This document shows, piece by piece, positions 49,691 to 62,360 of a stretch of 64,000 nt of DNA. The position numbers and the translations under genes were made by a program. The DNA is from Octopus bimaculoides (lineage: Eukaryota): the NCBI RefSeq assembly GCF_001194135.2, contig NC_068984.1:99519333-99583332 (forward strand), read 5' to 3'. How positions within the stretch are numbered: the first letter of the stretch is position 1; each line of letters begins with the position of its first letter. The notes below the pieces were generated by a model, which was not told the origin of the DNA, did not search any database, and saw nothing but the letters and a program-made list of their open reading frames with translations.

Positions 49691-51601
49691 CATATTTACA
49701 CCAATTAGTTTACAGCAAGAAATTTTCTTCATAACAAAATACAGTGATTGGCTTTCTGATGAGTGCAAATATTCCTCAAACTTACAAGTTTGCATTATCA
49801 CTGCTCAGCACAGTCATCACACATTATAATTTTCACTGTTCATAAATTCTAATTTGACATTTAAGAAGTTTTTGAATTTTCCTTTTTAAAGGAATTTTCC
49901 TTCTTAAAGAATGGATTCAATTTGAGAAAACTATCATGTATTTCTTCTGAAAAAATTGATCAATAATAAAATTGTTACTCAGTGACATCTTATCCAGAAG
50001 TTAAAAGAGTTCCAAAAATGCTAATTACTCTCATCTAATGTCTGAATAGGGTAAACATTATTCTCCAACTAATTTCCAGCTTCTTTGTTCTCTCTACTTT
50101 TACTTCTACTTTTAGCGTTACACTTCTTAATTTGCGTTTTGCTGGTCATTAGAACTAAGGACATGATAGAGTGTCCTGAATTTGCACTACAGGTTAGCAG
50201 GCCAAAATAACAAAGAAACACACCCAGTGTTACTTTGATTTCAAATATGTGCTATTTGATCTTATAGACACCACACAGGAAAGCCATTTGTCACATGAAC
50301 AGAAATTCATATTTTCAGGTGTGTGCATATGTATATATGTATGTGTATGTATATTTACACACACAAACACAAATATACGTGCACATACACACATGTATGT
50401 ATGTATACAGACACACACATTCACATACATGTGCATGTATATATATATTTGCTTTCCATGACATAATGAATAATCGTTATTTAAAATGTATTTGTTGCCA
50501 GGAGATAAGCGTCGCTTCCATAATAATTCCTTAATATTTTCTCATGATGTTTCAACAATTCTGTAGAAAAGTAACATTGTATAATGAGTTATATTTATAC
50601 CATCAGGTGTTTGTTAAATTAGTAACAATTTTTGCCATACAATTGATTGATGCTAGATAACATATGACGCCTTCATTAATTCTCAAAGGACATGGAACTG
50701 ATTTTGTTGAAGAATTGTTTAATAAATATTTGGCAAGCCTTCTACTGAATATTGAACTAGAGTCTGCTACAGAAATGTAATTAATTGAAGGGAAAAATCC
50801 AAATTGGGAACAAAAAAGAAATGTAATATACAAAAGAAAGCAAAAATGAAAATAGATGTTTTTTTTTTGTTTTTTTTTTGTTATTTCAGTTTTGGTTTTC
50901 AGGAAGAATTAAAGAGTATCTTTCATGCATCATATTTTAGTGAGAGACTGAAATAGATTCTGAGATAACAAGGTAGTAGCTTTCACATAGTTGCATCATT
51001 TGCTAGATATAGCAGCCACATCCCCATTAAATCATACCCTCTTCTTTTTAAAAAATGGAAGACAGCATTGATGACATTACATAATGTAATCATTAAGAAT
51101 CTTAAAAATAGCAAAGATGGTCATGGATTGAATGCAGTTGATCATAACAGTTCAAGTGTGGTTGCCTGGGGCTAGGCAACAAAAGTTTGTTACAAAAAAA
51201 TTAGGGAGTCTTTAAGTGGTTATTAGGGATAAACAATAACTTGGGTGTTGTAGTACTTTATCTCCAAACACAGGAGTAAATGTCTCATCAGGCATTAAAG
51301 CAGTTCTGTTGGTGTTTCAGCCCCTTCCATCATGACACTAAAGCAGCCTAGGCCCATCTGCTGATGCAGGCAACAAAACTTCCACACAACAGCACAAACT
51401 TTGTTGAGTTAGATGTTGTGACTCTGGGCCAGGTGTTTCTACTATCTTCAATGCTCGATATTTCAGCACCACTTATTTTCTCTCTTGAACCAGATGTAAT
51501 GGCTTGCTTTCTCAGTGGCTTTCAAAAAGTTTCTGGCATCATTTTTCCTTTCTTCCACTGCCAATCCCAAACTCCTGAATCCTGGTTCCAACAATTTCTC
51601 T

Positions 51602-51989
51602 AGGGTGTGACTGTGTGGTAAGAAGCTTGGTTCAGGGTTCAGTCCCACAGTGTGACATCTTAAACAAGTGTCTTCTACTATAGCCTTGGACCAACCAAAG
51701 CTTTGTGAATAGATTTGGTAGATGGAAACTGAAAGAAGCCTGTCGTATATATGTATATATATCTGTGTGTGTCTTTGTGTCTGTTTTCCTCTCCTACCAC
51801 TGCTTGACAACTTGTGTTGGTGTGTTTACATCCCCATAACTTAGCATTTCACTAAAGAGACCAATAGAATAAGTACCAGGTTTAGCAAAAAAATTAAATA
51901 CTGGGGTTGATTCATTCTTCAAGAGGATGCCCCAGCATGGCCACAGTCTAGTGACTGAAACAAGTAAAAGATAAAAGAAAAGATAAAAG
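51602..51989 (+). mobile_element. SINE family B, full length (reference copy used here)
   Basis: tRNA-like head, central (TA/TG)n, GTAAAAGATAAAAGA tail. Confidence 0.9.
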
Positions 51990-52218
51990 AATACCTGTCT
52001 CTACATAAAGACATATTGCCTCTCATCCACTGTTTTCACAGAATTCAGTCAGCTCACCATAGCTTCTGCCACTCTTGAGGAAAGCTTCTTTGATCTTTGC
52101 TTCCCAGAGAACTGTCATTTCCACTGTCTTCACCCCCTTCCTTTCTTTGCATCATATGACAAGACTGGATCTTTTAGTGGCAAGAAATGGAAAGTGATAT
52201 TTATCATCAAAATATATA

Positions 52219-53454
52219 CAGGAGTTGGACAAAATAATGGAAACACCTAGCATCATAGCATCATAATTTTGAAATATTAATAAAACCGTTGAAAGCTTCT
52301 TTATTTCTATGTTTTTTATTTATTCTTAGTGTTCCTAAATATCTTTTGCTAAAATTGCTGTTTCTTTTCAGATATCATCAGAAAAAAGTGATTAAAATTT
52401 ATTTAAATGACAGATCTATCAAACTTTCAGAGAGGTCAAATTGTTGGTGCTCGTATGGCAGGTACTAGTGTGATGAAAACTGCCAAAATGTTTGGTATAT
52501 CAAGAAGTACTGTCCCAAAAGTAATGACAGCCTTTGAGAAAGAGGGAAAAAACCTCCTTGTCAAAACAAAGCTCTGGAATAAAACCAAAACGTTCGGATA
52601 CAGACCGTCAGACTCTTATGTGAATTGTTAGAAAGGATCACAAAAGTACAGCTCCCAAAATTACTGCAGAGCTTAATGACCACCTTGAGAACCCAGTTTC
52701 CACAAAAACTGTTTACCAGGAGCTGCACAAAGCCGGATTTCACGGAAACCACTACTTTCAAAAACAAGCATTGCAAAGCATTAAGAGTGGAGTAAAAACC
52801 TACAGAATTAGTCCCTAGAGCAGTGGAAGAATGTTATTTTCTCTGATGAGTCATCCTTTACCTTATCTCCGACCACTGGCTGAGTATACGTGTGGAGACA
52901 GCCAAAAGAAGCATTTGACTCAGACTGCCTTCTTCCAACTGTTAAGCATGGAGGAGGATCTGTAATGATCTGGGCGGGCTATATCTTGGAAATCCGCTGG
53001 TCCAATGGTTTCCCTTCATGGCAGAATTAATAATCAAGACTATTTAAGCATTTTATTTGATCAGATTCATCCCATGTTTGCAGAACTGTTTCCAGAGAGA
53101 AACACAATCTTTCAGGATGATAATGCACCAATTCACACAGCTAAAGTTGTTACTGAATGGCACAAGGAACGTTCTAGTGAAGTTGAACATGTTATCTGAA
53201 CATATTATTGAACATTTATGGTACATTTTGAAAAACAAGTAAGGAGTCAATATCCTCCACCATCATCACCACAAGAACTGGAGACTGTTTTAGCTGAAGA
53301 ATGGACAAATATTCCTTTGGAAACAATTCAAACTTTGTTGGAGTCCATAGCTTATAGAATTAAAGCTGTAATTACTGCCAAAGGTGGTCCTACCCAATAT
53401 TTAAATAAATTTGTTTGAAATTTTAAGGTGTTTCCATTATTTTGTCCAACCCTG
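52219..53454 (+). mobile_element. Tc1 transposon with short TIRs, transposase disrupted
   Basis: TIRs CAGGAGTTGGACAAAATAATGGAAACACCT / AGGTGTTTCCATTATTTTGTCCAACCCTG; MTDLSNFQRGQIVGAR, FSDES, KHGGGSVMIW, FQDDNAPIH, IIEHLW; frameshifts and deletion. Confidence 0.92.
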
Positions 53455-53970
53455 GCATATATCAAAGAAAAGCATTTATCTTATTGTTCTTTTCTTGGTT
53501 CCAGTTATTGAACTTCAGCTATTCTGGAGCACTACCTTCCTGTAGCATAGCTGGATGGATGCAGGTCAAATGGTAGGGCAGTCCCCTTTGGGCAATGCTT
53601 TTATGGGGGGGCCAGCATTTTTGGTTCACTTATATAACCCAGTATAGGCTTGTGGGGCCTGAGAAGGCACACTCAAGAGCTTCCTCCTGTGGCACACACC
53701 CTAGCTACATGACTGCTACTTCCAAGGGTTTTATTCTGTCATACTGGCCCTAGTACTTAATTTAGTCAGGTACTTACATTTTTTATCGATTTCTACCCAG
53801 TGCACGTAAGTGAAAGCAGGGTATTGTAATCATTTGTCTTTGTCTGTTTGCAAAATTACTGGAAAACGGCTGAAGAGATTTTCACTAAATTTGACAGAAA
53901 TGCTCATTGGGTGAGTGGCTCAAAATGATGAAAATTTGGTCTGATTATCTTCAAACATACATAAATACAT

Positions 53971-55209
53971 TCTAGGTCGTCCCATAAAGAATGTGGTTTT
54001 TCCAATTGCATGAAATAAAAGTCAGAGAGGGACAGGATAAACTACCTGCATCAACTTGCTATAAAAGCAGGTAGTAATGTTACCTTGTCCTTATTCTAAG
54101 TGCAAGTTTTGAAGAGTGCAGTTTGATTTTAACAGTTACTTTTGCAGAGCTATAATGGAAGTGACAAAGGAGCATATTCACTATATTTTGCTTTGTGAGT
54201 TCAATGAAGGCAACAATGCAATGGAAAGTGAAAGGAATATTAATGCTGTATATGGGGATTGGACAATAAGCATAAGCTAGTATCAATGGTGGTTCCAGAA
54301 ATTCCAAGTCAGAAACTACAGCCTAGAAGATGAGCCTCATCCTGGAAGATCTGTAGAGCAAATCCTGCAAATCCTGATGGAACAAAATGCCATTGTAACT
54401 GTTGAGGAACTAACAGAAAAGCTTGGGTTTAGTCATTCAACCATTCATCAATATCTGTATGCCATCACAAAAGTCAATGGGTTCCTCACAAACTTTCCAA
54501 GTGTAATCGTGTGCAGAGGGTGAATGTGTGCTCTTTACTATCATGTCTCGCGAATAAACCTTTATTAGACCGAGTAGTGACTGGTAATGAGAAATGGGCT
54601 CTCTATAAAAATGTGAAATACCAAAGATAGTGGATAGGGAAAGGAGAATCACTGGCACCCTAGGCTAAAGAAGATCTTCACCCACGTAAGGTGTTGTTAT
54701 CTGTTTGGTGGAATGTGAAAGCTTTAGTCCACTTTGAACTTTTAAACCCAAAACAAACGATAACAAAGGAGATCTACAGTGAGCAGCTTGAGCAAGCACT
54801 AGAAGAAAAACAACCATCTTTGTTTTCAAGATGAAATGTTTTCTTCCATCAGGATAATGCTCAGCCACATACAGCAAGGATGACATTCCAAAGGCTGGAG
54901 CAGTTTGAATGGGAAGCAATGCCCCACCCACCATATTTACCGGACATTGGCCCATTTGATTATCATTTATTCTGCAGTCTTCAAAATCATTTGTACAGAA
55001 GAAATATGACTTCTGTAGATGAGGTCAGAACAGTGAATTTTGTTCATGAACGAGTGAATTTTGGAAGAGAGGGTCTTGTGAGTCAAGCAGATAGATAGAA
55101 GAGCATTGTAGAAAATGAAGGTGGGCATATTTTGGATTAAAAAAGAACTTTATCTTAATTTTGAAAAATAACAATGGTATAAAAAACGCATAACTATTGA
55201 ATGACCCAA
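53971..55209 (+). mobile_element. Mariner (DD34D) transposon, transposase disrupted
   Basis: ATG at 54155 MEVTKEHIHYILL, EDEPHPGR, WVPHKL, TGNEKW, HQDNAQPH, PHPPYLPDIGPFDYHLF; degenerate TIRs, right end GAATGACCCAA|TA. Confidence 0.9.
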
Positions 55210-56194
55210 TACATAGATATGCAACTCTGTGTGTGTGTATGTGTGTGTGTGTGTGTGTGTGTGCGTGTGCCCATGTGTGTGTACAGTGATGGATTCAAAG
55301 ATTTCATTTATTTACAAGTTGATTTCTTAATTTCACGGAGTATAATTACCTATAATGGTGGTACTTAAAAACAAAAAAATTCTTTTTAATTATCTGCATG
55401 CAGGGTATGCATCGCCACTCCGATGCCTTTTTTTTTTCATTATATATATGTTTGGAATATATATATTGGCTGACATTGATCAATGTAGGTGCAGTCATAT
55501 GGGAACACACACATATATATGAATAGATGTTGTTATGATGAGAATGGCCTGAGAATGGCCTCTGAATGTTCAGTTATTTGAGCAACTGAACTACCTACTT
55601 ATTGTAGGTAGTTCAGAATAGCCAATTGAGCATTCCTCCCTAGCCTTAAGGTAATTCCTTAACAAAATCAATGTGGCACAGTGTGACAACCTACCCAACA
55701 GGCTTCTACACAATTTCCTTCTACCCAATCCCCCCCCCCACCAAGGCTACAGCAAAGACATTTCCCCAATAGGCCAACACAAGGAGCCAAACCTGGAATC
55801 TCATAATTGCAAGATGAATCAAAATATTTAGCCATACTTGTGTCTGAACATATATTTATAGACACAAGTATGTATACATGCATTTTTTTTTAACAAACAC
55901 ACACACACATTTAGAACGCTATTTGTTATGGCTAAGTAGAGAGTGACAATTGGTTTCACACATATGAAGCTGTATGGGTGAGTCATTAGACTTAAATAGC
56001 CAGAAGCACATAGTCTGACAACTCACCTATGCAGTTAAATGCTTTATAGGTGTGAAACCAATGGTCACTCTCTGACTGGCAAAACAAACACCTTTCTAAG
56101 TATACTACAGCTCTGTTTTAGAGTGTGCTTCTTTTTTGGATATATGAACCTACTGACCTATATATATATATATTTTTATTTTCTTTTATTCTTT

Positions 56195-56620
<426 letters not shown>

Positions 56621-56859
56621 CATACCAGCAGGGTTGAGAGGCCTCTTTCGTCCTATTGAAAGTGTGACAACTTCTCTAATACTAACACTGTCATGATAAA
56701 ATGCACCCAGTTTTCATCTTTATTTTATATCTACCTTCCTTACTGGTATGATTTGGACAGTTCCACAGGAGGACTGCATCATGCACCAGTTTCTCAAATT
56801 TGTTTTTTTTTCTTTCTAAGGTTGGATACTCTTTCCTCGTGAGGATCAATTAGCATGAT

Positions 56860-57600
56860 TAGAAACAGTACTTTTTCTGTAGCACCAGCACTTATGAGGT
56901 CTTCTTGTAACTGGCAAGATGAAAGAATTACCATAATTGAAAGGAGAATAGGAGAAAGAGGGCAGAATGTTTCGGGGAAAATAACGAGTGGGTGAATTAT
57001 AATGAAAAGAGCAGTTTATAATTGTACAAGAATAGAAGTGGAGAAAGTGACAAAATAGATACTGTTGGAAAATGGGAGAATGAAAGGAATAGAGGAAAGA
57101 GTAAGGGATCGAAAAATGTGAGGAGTTTGTAAGAAAGAGAAAAATAAAGTAGAAAAAGTAATAGGATGGGCTGTGCAGTTTGGAGGAATCCATTACTATC
57201 CCATGTTATGATGGTGAATATGGGCTGAGGATGTGGAAGGGAGAGGAAGAGATGCAGGTAATGAGGGGTGATGTGGCTGTGGAGAGAGGGTTATTGCAGC
57301 TTATGAGAAATGTGAGGGTTAGAGTGTGAAGAAAGGGAGAGATGAGAGAATGTTGTGGTGGCAGAGAAAATGTGGAGAGAAGACAGTGAGAGAAAGAAGG
57401 GCAGTGATTAGGGGAATCAGTGAGTGAATGTAGTGACAGAAAAGTGAGACTGGAGAAGACAGCAGAGCTGGAAAGTAGAGAAGTAGAAGGTGAATGCATT
57501 TGATGTATTCCAAGAGAAAGAGTGGCAGGTGAGGAACAGTGAATTGATGCAATAAGAACCCCAGCCACTCACTGTGTGATGGAACTCTCTCCTCTGTTTG
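56860..57600 (-). other. Strongly strand-skewed (purine-rich on +) tract, possibly a very old LINE fragment
   Basis: Composition seen directly; minus peptide GVLIASIHCSS only faintly resembles an APE motif. Confidence 0.25.
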
Positions 57601-57735
57601 CATGCTTGCTCAAAAGAGCAGGATTTCTTAAGAGAGCAGGCTTTCTCCAGTATGGTGATGAGATGTGTATGTGTGAAAACAATACAATCATTTCACTACA
57701 TTCCAGTTTTCTAGTTTGATGATGTTGGTGATGAG

Positions 57736-57773
<38 letters not shown>

Positions 57774-58172
57774 AAGTAGGGTTACATTATCCAGTGTGTT
57801 GTTCCTTTATTAAAATGGAAAGATGTGATTTGAGGGATATTTTTAGCTACTATTTCACATAGAATCTGTCTGATTACGACATGAAGTAGGAGTGAATGGT
57901 TAATAAATGATTGAGAAAAAGGCCATGAATAAATAAATGCACTGTACTAACTGGCTGGATCTTATCAAAGATTGTTAACAACAGAAATGATGGCAGAAGA
58001 TGAAATGTGGAGATAATTGATAAAAGATTAAGTGATTTGAAATGAAAACCAGCTTCTGATAAGTCTTGTGATGGTTGGCAATGGCAACAAAATTTAGTAA
58101 ACAAAATTTGCAATGACATAGAAAAAATGATGAATTGGCAGACTTGTTAGGGTTTTAGTTTAGCTTGCTTCC

Positions 58173-58507
58173 CTACCACATGGTTCCAGGTTCAACCCCA
58201 CTGCATGGCATCTTAGTGTCTTCTGCTATAGCCTCAGGCTGACCAAAGCCTTGTGAGTGAATCTGGTTGACAGAAATTGAAAGTTGAAAGAAGCCTGTCG
58301 AATGTGTATGTGTGTGTGTGTGTGTGTGTGTGTATCTGTGTTTGTCTTCCATCACTGATTGACAGCTGGTGTTGGTATGTTTATGTCCCTGTAACTTAGC
58401 AGTTCAGTAAAAAAAAAGACCAATAGAACAAGTATTGGTGTCGGTTCGACTAAAATTCTTTAAGGCCCCAGCATGGCTACAGTCTAATGAGTGAGTCAAG
58501 TAAAAGG
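58173..58507 (+). mobile_element. SINE family B
   Basis: Matches the 51602 copy, head eroded. Confidence 0.85.
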
Positions 58508-58798
58508 TAAACAATAATACAAATCAACTACAATAAATTTCAACACAACAAAACATTTATATAGTTAAAAACATTTTTTTCTGATTAATATTTCTTTAAA
58601 TTTAATAATAGTTAACAATCCAAGGGAGCAGCTTATATTTAAATACTTCTTAATCACTGCCTCTATCATATGAAAAAATATACTCACAAGATCTCATGCT
58701 ACTGCTGGCTACCTTGAGGTATAACTGAAGACAACCTGCATTTACAGTATTCACAGAGCATTGAAGAGCACACTGAATAATATTATCAAAGTAGTTCA

Positions 58799-59010
58799 AG
58801 GTGGTGAGCTGGCAGAATCATTCACATGCTGAGCAAAATGCTTAGTAGCATTTTGTCTGTCCTTATGTTCTGAGTTGAAATTCCGCTGAGGTCAACTTTT
58901 CCTTTCAGCCTTTCAGGGTCAATAAAATATGTACCAGTCAAGCACTGGGGTCAATGCAATCAACTTACACCCTCCTCCAAACTTGCTGGCCTTGTGCCAA
59001 AATTTGAAAC
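58799..59010 (+). mobile_element. SINE family C with 21-bp TSD
   Basis: TAATATTAT(C/G)AAAGTAGTTCA at 58778-58798 and 59011-59031. Confidence 0.9.
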
Positions 59011-59329
59011 TAATATTATGAAAGTAGTTCATAGTTATTGCAGACAGAAATAGAGTTGAAACTACTGCATATGAACAAGGTGTGTGTTATTTGAATATGA
59101 TTCAAGTTTGGTACCTTTTGTCAAACACAGCACCAGTTTGTTAAGTAACAAAAAGTAAAAGTGGTTGAGAGATAAACACAGAGAGAAAAACAACATAGTT
59201 TTGTGTGAACTGTCTAGTGATTCTTGTCTCATATTGAATTTGGCAGCTTTTTATATTTGAGAGCAATGGTTCAAAACTCAGCAGGGGTTTCCCTGCACTA
59301 ACAGCATATGTTCTACCCCTTCATTAACA

Positions 59330-59990
59330 GAGAAAGTCTCTTTCTTACCAGTTGAATTGATAGTTCCTTGAACTTTCAGAACGCTCTCCTCTGTTGCTAA
59401 TTAGATTATCTATGTCAAGGAAGCTTTCAACTACTTCAGTTGAGCCTTCTTAGTATTTGAAATTCATTTCACAATTGCTGTTAGTGCTAATTATGCTAAT
59501 TATACTTGTATGTCTCTCACATAAAAGTCTTCCTTCTGTCAACTTGTCTATGATTCCATTATATCTTCATACACATTTAGTTTAGATTGGATGTCCCATA
59601 TGAATTCCTACCCACTTTCCTGCATACTGTGTGTAACCATTTCACAGATGGTAGTAGAATCTTATCTTCTTTACCTGTTAATTAAAACTTTTGTCTGCAT
59701 TTGATTTACTTTTTTGAGGCCTTCTAATTTGAGGCTTTGCTTCTAGTTTTGGAACTTTTTCTCTAAATCTTTGATATATGAGAACATCCAGAATTTAGCA
59801 TAGCCAGAAAGTTTTATATTCCTCTATTATGGCTGGTGAATAATAATAAACTGAAGTGGGCTGAGATCCAAGACTTGATGGACACTTATCTGCATGTTAA
59901 ATTCCTTGTTGAATTCTTTGTCAAATATTGCATTGCTGACAGCATCTCTGTATACAGCTTACATAACTCTTAAACATACCTGAATGTACA
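59330..59990 (-). mobile_element. Old, highly decayed RTE LINE RT fragment
   Basis: Minus reads ..DAVS..EFNMQISVHQ..LSPLQFII.. and DLEKKFQN*KQSLKLEGL, parallel to the 35403-35846 ORF. Confidence 0.65.
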
Positions 59991-60029
59991 TCCATAATTA
60001 TGCATGTATGCATATATGCATGTATGTAT

Positions 60030-60870
60030 GTCAGTCAATCAGCCATTATTCAGTTTTATTCGAGACTTCTTGCCAATAGAGAAAGAGTTGGTTTCTAACC
60101 AAGATCCAAAATTCGCTCACTGGAATTTCAACAACATCAACAGGGTATTTTAGCATGTATATATGTATATGTGCAGTATTTGGAGTCAGTGCATGTTCAG
60201 ATTTTATATGTTTCGTTTTATGTGTGTATTCTCATGGCTAGACATGCACATATACATTTAAATGATAAACTTTCTGAAAAGTTTTACAAATTTTTACAGT
60301 TCCAGTGATGGCTTGGATCTGTAGTGTTTGAATCAACCTTCTCATTTCTGGTTTTGTGAAGTCAAATTTCTCAAGACTGGTACTTAGGCAGTGTGTTACA
60401 TATCCCTGTGCCCCAATAATTACAAGTATAAATATGAACTTGCAATCTGTGCAGAGTAACTGTAGATTTCTCAATAGTTGACTATAGGTATTTTCTTTTA
60501 TGCTGATCTTTAGCTTTATGTTAGAATCTGCTGGATAGCTGATTTCCACTACTGTACATAGTTTCTCTTTTCTGTCCCAAATCACTATGTCAGGTCTATT
60601 ATATTTACATTTTGCTGAGGTTTGCACTGGGACATTCCACCAGTACTCTTTCTTATTATGAGTGGCAATGGCCTCTACAATATTGTGAGTTCTTATTTCT
60701 TTGGCCTTAGGGTTATCCTGACAGGTCTTATTATACAGTGTCCTGGCTACAACATCATGTCTCATCGGTAGATAATACTACAATGACATTTTTGGACAAT
60801 TGCTTATAATGTGGGTGATATCTTCAATCATAACTCCACAAAGTCTGCATTGGTTATCACATTTTGGTGT
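60030..60870 (-). mobile_element. RLE-type LINE 3' fragment (second family)
   Basis: CRLCG..EDITHIISNC, MRHDVVA, NRPDIVIWD..VVEIS, GTVKICKTF; 3' UTR related to 29160-29280. Confidence 0.9.
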
Positions 60871-61136
60871 TTTCCCTGAGTCTCTGTTCCTTTTGTGCAT
60901 CAGGTATTTGGTTGATATTTCCTGTTCCTGGACTGCAAATGTATGTCCTTCAAAGTTGCATGTATATATGTATGTATAAGGACAAGCATGGATGTGTTCT
61001 TAAGTTTGCTTCCCAACCACATGATTTGGGGTTCAGTCCCATTGTGTGGTTCCTTGGGCAAGTGTCTTTTGCTATAGCTCAGACCAAAAGCCTTGTAAGT
61101 AGATTTGATAGGTGGAAACAGAAAAAAGCCTATTGC

Positions 61137-61685
61137 ATCATCATCATCATTATCACCACCATCATCATCATTTAACATTTGTTTTGCATACTAGCATGGG
61201 TTGGACAGCTTGACAGGATCTGGCAAGCAGTAAGGCCATGTCAATCTCAAATATCAGCTTTGACATAGTTTCTAAGGCTGGATGTTTTTTTTTTTTAACA
61301 CCAACCACTTTACTGAGTGCTTTTTTCATGCTCCTGGCAGTTGTGAAGCTGCTGTGTAACTTGCAAGACAGAAAACCTGGCACTCTGTCAGTTATGACAA
61401 TGAGGGTTCCAGTTGATCCGATCAACAGTACAGCCTGCTTGTGAAATTAATGTGAAAGTGACTGAGCTCTCCACAAATCATGTACCCCTTAGTTAGTTCT
61501 CGGGGAGATTCAGTGTGACACAGAATGTGACAAGGCTAGCCCTTTCAAATAGAAGTACTAAACATTTTTGCCAGCTGAATGGACTGAAACAATGTGAAAT
61601 AAAGTATCTTGCTCAAGGACAGATGTACCAGGAATCGAACTCATGACAGTGAGCCGAATACCCTAACCACTAAGACATGTACCTT
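61137..61685 (-). mobile_element. Adjacent minus-strand RTE tail (61137-61340) and SINE A (61375-61685); SINE B head (+) just upstream at 60986-61135
   Basis: Reverse-complement matches to 3850-4008 and 20857-21180. Confidence 0.8.
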
Positions 61686-62009
61686 TACTACAAGACAGAA
61701 AAAGAGGGAAAAGTATTCGAGAGGGGAAGGTGGAAGTGGGTGGCTTTATGCCATATGTCGAGAGACTAAAGTATGAGTGACAAGCACATGTATCTTGCAG
61801 CTACAGATGATATATGGCTGAAGGAAATAAAAGAAAGGAAGTGATGGGGTGCTAGAGCAAACTGTTAAGATACAGGAGGGTGAACATAAGAGAGGTTATG
61901 GGCAGTGCAAGAAAAAAGTAAGAAAAGAGGAGTGGTACCCCCCATCTTCACCCCTCCCACATGTCCAAGCATAAGAGAGTAGTTTTGAGATAACATTTTT
62001 GTTATAATG

Positions 62010-62360
62010 GACAGCGAAACACCATCATAAGGCTCAGTATCTTGTCAGTCTTCACTATTCTGTCCCATGTCCATCTGGGTCTCCTTCTTCCACAAGTTCC
62101 TCACTTCTTTATGCAACAATGCTCATCCATATACATCACAGGACCAAACCAGCACGGTCTTCTCTCTTGCACACTACACTTGATTTCTTTTATGCATAAC
62201 TTTTCTCTCAAAACGTAAGCACTTTGTCATACAGGCATACTGATGCTTCACATCCAGTTAGTTTTGTTCCTCTCTTGTTTTTGCATGTCCTCTACATTCA
62301 GGACCAATGACTCATTACCATGTAGTATTGCTGTATGTACTCAAGCATTATCATTCAACC
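62010..62360 (-). mobile_element. RTE LINE ORF 3' end fragment
   Basis: Same-orientation match to 34740-35090. Confidence 0.7.

Noticed and set aside
49756-49795. CTGATGA followed by GTGCAAATATT...AAAC, hammerhead-like
   Set aside because: Stem II 3' arm, GAAA box and stem I do not fit; too degenerate to call
50116-50192. 77-nt AG...GT segment open in phase 1 to phase 0, as might be expected of the next Epac exon (LHFLICVLLVIRTKDMIECPEFALQ)
   Set aside because: No similarity to FRQGDIGTNWYAV; weak donor (GTTAGC); likely chance
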